Assembly (NCBI GenBank): GCA_010093745.1
Contig: MU005961.1
Coordinates: forward strand, 372,001-436,000
Origin: Piedraia hortae CBS 480.64
Taxonomy: Eukaryota
Direction of reading: 5' to 3'
Length of the DNA stretch: 64,000 nucleotides
The translations under genes were made by a program, and so were the position numbers. This document shows positions 56,781 through 64,000 of this stretch, piece after piece. Under the pieces are notes generated by a model that saw only the letters and a list, made by a program, of their open reading frames with translations, had not been told where the DNA came from and did no database searches. The number at the start of each line of letters is the position of its first letter. Positions within the stretch are counted from its first letter, which is position 1.

Positions 56781-57525
56781 CTAGGGAATACAAGGAGTAC
56801 AACTGAGTCAGTGGGCCGCTTGACTGTCTTGTCGGGTCGTTTTTGCGGTGCACTGGCCGCGGGGCATCTGTATTTGGCGTCAAGTACTTCCTCCGCCACA
56901 CTCAGTGGTTCATCGGGGTGGCTTCGCTGGAAGAATGGACAGAGTCCTCGTTACAGACCGAAGAGGAGATATTTTGTGGCTAAAGGCTACACAGTCTTGA
57001 CCTCAGCTGGTCATCACACCTAATGTCTCATAGAAGACGTCTCGGATGTTTTGAATGTTCTAAACTTATGTGGCCGTGGTTGCAAAGTGACGTGGACAAT
57101 ATCGGCACGGATTGTGGAGGACGTGCCTCAGTAAAAAGCGATGTCGGCCAGTAGTGCCCAAGTATGATGGAACCGTATGCAAAGTGTTTGCAGGAATAAC
57201 TAGTGAACAATAGTTCATTATTGCGCACTAGCGTGGGGAATTTGGATGTGTCACCCTGCCTTGTTACACTATCCCCGCAATAGTAAACTAGTGGCGCAAT
57301 ATCGTGCGGGGTTGGGCTGTGTACCCTAATCGGCACGTGTTCCAGTCACTGGCTAAAGTACGATCAACCAGTTCAGGGAACCGGTCCGTTCCCTCCTGCG
57401 CACTTGTTACGATATCAAATTCCCTGCCTAACGTTTTCCTCTCCTCCCACACTACAACTCTCGATCCGAAACCCACACGGAGGCAATTATCTTCTGCAAC
57501 CCCACTCTTCTCGACAACGGTCAAA

Positions 57526-57882
57526 ATGTCCCAGCACGCTATAAATAACCACAGGCCTCCCCCCAAGGATGACAACAAGTCCCCCTCCAACGACGCCACC
57601 AAATTTCCGTCCAAGGATGTCACCAACTCTCCTCCCAATGAAGCCCATGTCGGAGACTTTTCCGAAGAGCAGTTTGAGGAACTCGTACGCCTGATGGGCA
57701 TGTCTTCCGCCTGGGATGCAGCGAGATGTTTGACGGGTATAAAGAAGAGCAAGACAGCACAGATGGCGCTTTTCGCTGAGCTTAAGAAACAATATAAGAA
57801 CGAACGTGGCAATGGCAACGAGGGCTCTCCCAAAGATGGAGGGGGGCAAGGTTCCAATGGCAACCGCGGCTCTTCGGGCTAG
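57526..57882 (+). CDS. Small hypothetical protein (118 aa) with 8-aa N-terminal repeats and a G/N/S-rich tail; decayed paralog at ~35085-35310
   Basis: Intact ORF; TGIKKSKTAQMALFAEL...RGNGN matches TGLKKSKAAWMALFAKL...RGNGN at 35160-35245. Confidence 0.5.
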   Translation: MSQHAINNHRPPPKDDNKSPSNDATKFPSKDVTNSPPNEAHVGDFSEEQFEELVRLMGMSSAWDAARCLTGIKKSKTAQMALFAELKKQYKNERGNGNEGSPKDGGGQGSNGNRGSSG

Positions 57883-57993
57883 AATTGCGGACATGGTTAG
57901 CATCCTGTATTGTGCTGAGTATGATATGGGCTGAACGGAAAATGAGAGTGTAGACCTAGATTGCCCTGCATCGTCGTCGGGCTGACTGATCTC

Positions 57994-58230
57994 TGTTGGA
58001 GTCAAGCATCGCCGTTAGCGCGTATGCGGGGCACTTGCATAGCAAGCCAGCGATACCTCGTACACTACCAGCTGCACCCTAGGTGTTTTCCCTCACAGAG
58101 GTTTACCCTCAGGGTCATGTCATATGTGACATGGCGAATGCGCCCTGCTAGTGTACGATGTGACGTCACCTGCTTAACGGCACAGAATAATTATTCTGAC
58201 GTCCCCTCGTAGAGATATAGTTACTCAAAC
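57994..58230 (+). mobile_element. Family B-related LTR-like repeat (right boundary uncertain)
   Basis: Starts TGTTGG; 58068-58152 closely matches 61138-61222. Confidence 0.6.
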
Positions 58231-59307
58231 TGTCATATCGACACTGGTAGTGACTCCTCGCCGCCTGCATCTTTTCTGTCCCTGTCGTTGATCTCCGTCT
58301 ATCGCTACGTCCTCCTAATTCGGGCCGCTGCGCACTCCCATCCACGACATTACTATCGCTACAATCTCTTTCTGTAGATCTCATGTGCTCGTAGAGATTT
58401 CGGCTCTTTGCGAGAGTGGGCCCTGTAGGTCTCGGCATCGTGTGGATGGCTAGATCACTGCCTTTAATGTTGATCGAATGAACAAAATCAGATCGGGCAG
58501 AAGACACCAGATAGGAAAGAGGGTGGGCATGGGGGTTGACCAGTATGTCTCATTACACTGTACAAACAATCGAGTCTGTTTGCTGGCTTGAGTGGAATAC
58601 TTCTAGCAAAGAAAGCGGGCTCCGCAGAACTTTGCTCTCGAACGCGCTGGATTTTTTACAGAGCTCTCGCGTAAACCACCCACGCAAAGCGTCAGTTAAG
58701 TAGAGTTAAAGACAAGGCTGTGGAGGAAGAGGACGAAAGAAATGTAGCATCTTCCATGCTCGGTAGGAACAAGACCATTATAGCTTTACGACCTCCCGAG
58801 GATGATGATGTAGAATCCCAATGTTCATGAACGCAAGTCTATTGTCCTCAGTGGGGCTTTTGTATCGCGTTCTCGCATTGCTAGATACACTAAGCTTCAA
58901 ACGAGCTGCCGGGATCTTTGAGCGTAGGCTGGCGCAATCTTTCGTCCTTACAAACATTCCGTGATTGTGACACCAACTGCGCTGAGAGGTTATCTGCTCA
59001 AAGGGTCTGCTCGACAAGAGTTGGCGATGGCAAGGGTGCAGTGATCTTTTCATAGCGCGCAGTCCAATAAAAACCTCCTCAAAAGGATTGTTATCATCGA
59101 GATGTCTTTCGAAAATCCAACTAAAATCTTGTGTCAGGTGAACTTCCTAGCGCGCTTGCACCATCCACAACAAAGCTTCACACAACGTCCGTGCACTGCC
59201 CCACAAAACCTACCAAAAAATCCTGCTTCCTCTTCTTCCTCTCCACAACACAACACCCGCAATCATCAATCCACAACACAGCATCTCCAAACATCAATCC
59301 ACCCACA

Positions 59308-59835
59308 ATGCGAACACACGTCACCCCCCGGGGCCCAGTCCCAGTGATCAACCAAGACCCCGTCCACTGCCACTGCGACGGTCACGATTTCTTCGTCCCA
59401 CGACGAATTCTCAATCATATGGGCCTCTGTCGCGCGCAACTCTCCTCAATGGATACGCTAGGTGCAGTCCCCAACGCGCCGGTGGCTCTACCCATTCACA
59501 AAGTATCTTACCACGAAATCTACTTCGTTATGCAATGGTGCAGTGCTCACGTTGGTGATGAGATTCGGAGCAGGGAGATGAGAGAGGTTTTGCGTCAGCC
59601 GTACAGCAATATTGCGGATGCGTGTCCTGCGTTTACGGAGAGTGATCATATTTATTTTGCAAGATTGTCGCCAAGCGGACTGGCGAGGGTGATTAGTGCC
59701 GCATATGAGTTGGAGGTGGAGGGATTGGTATTGCAGGGTACAAAGGTGCTGGCTGAGAGGGTTAGAGGAATATCGCCGGGGGATATTAAGAGGCTTATTG
59801 TTGATGGAGGGGGGGTCCGTGGGCCAAGGGGGTGA
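59308..59835 (+). CDS. Divergent, intronless Skp1-like protein (175 aa)
   Basis: CDGHDFFV (DG..F.V), LPIHKVS..IYFVMQWCSAH (P..NV...L..V.EWC.HH) and VISAAYELEVEGLV..GTKVLAERVRGISPGDIK (I.AANYL.I..LL...CK.VA..I.GKSPEEIR). Confidence 0.75.
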   Translation: MRTHVTPRGPVPVINQDPVHCHCDGHDFFVPRRILNHMGLCRAQLSSMDTLGAVPNAPVALPIHKVSYHEIYFVMQWCSAHVGDEIRSREMREVLRQPYSNIADACPAFTESDHIYFARLSPSGLARVISAAYELEVEGLVLQGTKVLAERVRGISPGDIKRLIVDGGGVRGPRG

Positions 59836-61077
59836 GCGGGAGAGGGTTTATCAGCTAAGGGTCGGGATGAGTAGGGGGCGTTCTTCGGGAGGAGGAAAGG
59901 GATTGGATGGGAGTGGGTTACTTGGCGTCTTTACAGACTCTGTTGCAGGAGCTTGGTCATGCGACGCGTATTGTTAGTGTCTGGTATCATGATGATGCCC
60001 ACTTATTCTATATCGTTTTCCACGGTGAGCAGTATATCTTGGTATCCAGTAGTAATACGGCTTTAGCATCGCTGTAAGCCACTATCCAGAGTACATACAT
60101 TTGGCAAGTAATTGTCCTCGTATCGGCATCGTAGCTTTGCGGACCTGGGACAAACGATACCTTCGCACAAGCCAGTACTTCTGGAAAGTCCCAGGTTGCG
60201 CTCCGAAGTGAGTTCGTACATGTGCACGTTATGGGAAAGACTTTGCAACAAGGCCGTAAGAACTCGGGCAGGCATCTTGAGGAAGAGGCAAGCTCTGCTA
60301 TACACCACCACTAGTAAATCCCTTATGAAGATCGGTCAGGACAGCATCCCCACAATGCTGGGCCAGTAATAAAGATATTACAGCGCCATTATGAGTCCAA
60401 TCATCATTCTAAAAAGATCACCGAAGGGCCACCATGCGAAAGCCAATTTCTTCAAACACCCAACAGACACAACATCGAAGTCGTCCACCAGAGCCTGTGG
60501 ACTTAAAATCCCGCAGATCGTCCGACCGACCCAAGCCTGCGAATTGAATGCTCACAACATAACTGCGAGTGGAAACGACCTCGGCACATCGTGCATCTTT
60601 CCCTTCCCCTCAAAGGGCTAAGAAACCTTGCCGCCATGAAGGCATTCGCCGCAAGAAATTCTGTGTCAAAGTGCCACAGGAGAGAGGCTCCTGCAGCTTT
60701 CCCCCCACGAACCTCGCATCTAACAGAAGCATCAGCTTGCTAAAGGCGCCTGTGGCGAGAAATTCGTTCAAAGCGGTCAAGTGCCACGTAGTCTGTTCCC
60801 CACGGCTTCAGCTTAACGCAGTGTCTCTCTCAAACTGCGGAGATGTTCACACCAGCTTTGGGCCCCTACCTTCGACAGCCACTTTTAGCTCTCAATCAAC
60901 TACTGGCAACGCGCAAACACTTACCCTCCGGGATCTTCAACAACGTGGTTTGACCACGGCAGTGGAGAGTCGCAACGCCTTATCTACCCCAAATTTCTTC
61001 CTCGCATGGCGCTCGCAACCAGATCCCACCTCCAGTTGGAAGATCTCAGCTTAAGGTCCAGATGTGCACGCAATTTC

Positions 61078-61422
61078 TGTTGGCATGGAGCCTCGTTGCT
61101 ATAAGTATACGATGCCACTACGCGACACCTCTTACACCAGCAACTGCACCCTAGGTTTTGTCCTCATAGAGGTTTCCCTCAGGGTCATGTCGCATGCGAC
61201 ATGGCGAATGCGCCCTGCTACTGTTTGAGGTGAGTCATGGAGTAAGACTGCATGTATGACCACTTGCTTACGGTCATACGATTGATGGCTCTTCATACGA
61301 GGCTACGCACAGGCCTTCCAGCCCATAATATATTCTCTGATGTCCCCCTCGCAGATACACTTGTACTCACTCATACACAAATCTCTACTCCCCATCCATC
61401 GTTCTCATTTGCACATACCATC
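61078..61422 (+). mobile_element. Solo-LTR-like repeat, family B
   Basis: Reverse complement of 37671-38034 with one short indel; starts TGTTGGCATG. Confidence 0.7.
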
Positions 61423-62907
61423 TTTTTTTCCAGTTTCCTACAAGGCGAGTAACCTCCAGCTTGACATTCGCAAATGCCATGTTCTCGTGAAGTAAAGGTG
61501 AAAATGCCCTTAATCAATACTGACGGCCGAAGTTTTGCTGCAAGCAACAGTTCGCATCCGACGCGTTGTTAATATTATTTCATTTCCTCACGCCTTTCAT
61601 TCGAGAAGTTGCCCAGTGGCCCACTTCAAGGCTCCTAGAACGTTGAACCCAATTAATAAATTGGTTAGATGGACGGCCCCACCCCAAAACCGAATTGATC
61701 GAACACGTCGAGCTATGAACATGTCCTCCAATTGAAAGTTTGTCCGGCAGCCCCTTACACCTCCCGAAGCGTTAGCATTGGTCACCCATTCTTTCCCGGC
61801 GCGACGCAACTCCAGAATAGCTTGCTGACGGTTCGACACCTTAACATAGTCTCGGCGGCCCCTTGAACACCTCAGGAAGTCAGAGCTTGCTATGGCATGT
61901 GTGAAGACGACTTTCCCAAGTTGTATCATAGCTTGTCAATCAGCCCAGTCATCCTGATCTCTGGCGTCGAGGTTAGGAAAGATATCCTGGGAATTCATAC
62001 TCCCCTCCCCGCGCTTTGTGTTGACAAGTTAGCAGATTGGTTCGGTGGACGGCCCATACAAGAGAACATGTTGATGGTCAACCGAACGCGCCCTCATTCA
62101 TTCCCAACCTCCAATGCTCACGAACCAAAGCGCTTCGTCGGAGGAGACGCCACGTCAACACAACATCGAAACCAAACAAGACGAGCAATTTTGCAAGAAT
62201 GACACTATGTCATCGCCCCATTAGCTCGTGCAGCTGACGAGCTCCCGCCATATGCTGCGTGACCACGCTCCCCGAATGCCTAAGTGTACGGAACAACAGA
62301 TTATCTCCCTAGTATGGAGAGAATCTAGGTTCGGTGAAGGGAGAGGAGGCGGGTTGGATTGAGGGATGCTATGCAGTAGAGAACCGCGAAGGAGTTTGAT
62401 AGGGATAATGGAATAATGGGGTTGTTTCTGGGAGGAATGAGTTAAATTGTATATAATTTTTTGCTCATGGACAGCCGAACATATTGAACCCACTCTTATT
62501 TGGCAGGAGAATCTCTGTACTGGTGAACTTTTGTGAATCGAAGCCACCAAAGAGTGTACTCTCCATTCCTCGCTCAAATATCCAGACACAGACGTGTTGA
62601 AATCATTACTTGCTGGTAGACCGAGCGGATTTTTCCGAGGCTAAGATGGAAATTTGTGGGGCAGGTTGACTTGGCAGGTTACTTGTGGGGACTTGGACCC
62701 CAAATCACGCGTACGAATGCCCCACTGAGCCAGATACATCCAAAACAGACGTTGCCTCAGCTTCACAATGCACATCCTTTGAACATCGAAGGATCACAAA
62801 CCTATCCATCACCATGTCTCCAGTACCTCACTCCGCAGTAGCGAAACCCCGCATGCAAAACGAGCATCGCGCAACAGCGGAGCTAACCCCTCCCCCAAAT
62901 CCTATCA

Positions 62908-64000
62908 TCAACCCAAACATCCCCTCACCCCCTCCAACAATCCCCTCTGCGCAACAACCTGCGACGCATCCCACACCATCACGCCCCCAAAACTCGCAAA
63001 CCTCTTACAGTACCCAATCACGTCCTCAACCCCCTTAAGGGGTAAGAACCCACTCCCCGCCGCCGTGGGACCGCCAGGCACACCCACCAAAACCCTCACA
63101 TTCTTATTAACCGAGCCATTTCTCGCCCACTCATCCCAAATCCCAAAATTAAAGTAACCCTGCTCCTCCGCGCCCTGGATATAAGAATTTGCCCCGCAGT
63201 AGTTATTATAAAACTGCACGAAAACCGCGTCGAAGCTGACACCCCCGGAGAGCATAGCATCGTCCGCGAGGTCGGGAAAGGGACATTGTGGTGCTGCGGT
63301 TAGGTAGTAAGGTCCGTTGGGGGAGGAGTCCATGATATTGCGGAGTTTGGAGGCGAAGGGGAGGGTGTTTCGCATTGAGGACTCGAAGTCGAGGTCAATG
63401 CCGTTGATTTTGGCATTGCCGAAGGGGCGATGGGGAGAAATGCTTCGCGGAAGGATGGTTGGTGCTTTGTTCGGGTAGGGGGATTGTTCAGGAGGGCCAA
63501 ACATTAACCAGAGTTTTCGGGCCCATTCTTCTGCTTCCGAGGGGGTGGAGAAGCCACCTTCCGTGTAGGTTGCTCCGCCGATGGAGAGGATGATGGTTTT
63601 GTTGTATTGTTCTTGGCAGGTTGTGATGTCTCGGCCGATGTCGGGGCAGTTGAGGAGTTGAGTGCCAGGGAAGAAGGTACAGTTGTCTTGCTGGTTGGCG
63701 AAGTTGAGTTGTGGGCCGTTGGTTATGGAGTAGAGGAATGCGAGAGGGATGATGTCGATATTGGTGTCTTGGTAGGGGGGGAGGTTGGGGTTAGTTGGGG
63801 TGGATTGGGAAGAAGAGGAAAATGCGTACTGGCACAGTAGGTTGCGAGGGGTTGTTGGGATAATTCTCCGCTGGAGGCTCCGTATGAGTTTTGTCCTGGT
63901 TGTTTTGTTATTATGTAGGTTTATGAGGATGGAAACGAACCAACCCCAATAGACGGCGACATTGTTGGACGAGGATGCAAAGACGTTAGCCTTGCACAGG
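62908..64000 (-). CDS. GH18 class III chitinase; start lies beyond the window; introns 63896-63944 and 63768-63829
   Basis: NVAVYWGQNS, LNFAN, IILSIGGA, catalytic GIDLDFE, LTAAPQCPFPD, VQFYNN, FGGVMVWDAS. Confidence 0.93.
   Translation of the reverse strand, partial: LCKANVFASSSNNVAVYWGWFVSILINLHNNKTTRTKLIRSLQRRIIPTTPRNLLCQYAFSSSSQSTPTNPNLPPYQDTNIDIIPLAFLYSITNGPQLNFANQQDNCTFFPGTQLLNCPDIGRDITTCQEQYNKTIILSIGGATYTEGGFSTPSEAEEWARKLWLMFGPPEQSPYPNKAPTILPRSISPHRPFGNAKINGIDLDFESSMRNTLPFASKLRNIMDSSPNGPYYLTAAPQCPFPDLADDAMLSGGVSFDAVFVQFYNNYCGANSYIQGAEEQGYFNFGIWDEWARNGSVNKNVRVLVGVPGGPTAAGSGFLPLKGVEDVIGYCKRFASFGGVMVWDASQVVAQRGLLEGVRGCLG

Noticed and set aside
63380..63415. Catalytically dead chitinase (NGIDLDFE)
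   Set aside because: The essential DxDxE residues are intact; only the upstream Asp is Asn.
1..64000. CRISPR arrays, rRNA genes, Starship captain or intact retrotransposon pol
   Set aside because: No regularly spaced repeats, rRNA signatures, DUF3435 recombinase or RT/integrase motifs were seen.

Overview
Eukaryotic genomic DNA from a filamentous ascomycete (Pezizomycotina-type genes, short GT-AG introns). Three compact core-gene blocks alternate with decayed accessory blocks. Block 1 (0.75-15.1 kb): BCAS3-like protein, POB3, NAT3, a P450, an EF-hand protein, mesA and HAP3. Block 2 (24.8-27 kb): GIM4, CMC2 and NTR2. Block 3 (39.9-49.8 kb): a CCCH-Smr nuclease, YTH1, an NDUFAF7-like methyltransferase, a cysteine synthase and SF3B1/HSH155. 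A GH18 chitinase runs off the right end. The accessory blocks hold an initiator tRNA-Met, a HeLo-like/ankyrin gene, several solo-LTR-like repeat families, hAT, Tc1/IS630, CACTA-like and LINE-like relics, and pseudogenes (F-box/LRR, SRPK-like kinase, VPS11 C-terminus). Best leads: an intact but divergent intronless RPB11-like gene with a decayed sister copy; a divergent Skp1-like gene; a nested palindromic motif shared by otherwise dissimilar LTR-like families; an unusual substitution in the SF3B1 hotspot region; and AAG 3' splice sites in 4 of 15 inferred introns. All assignments come from manual translation and motif recall. No database search was run.
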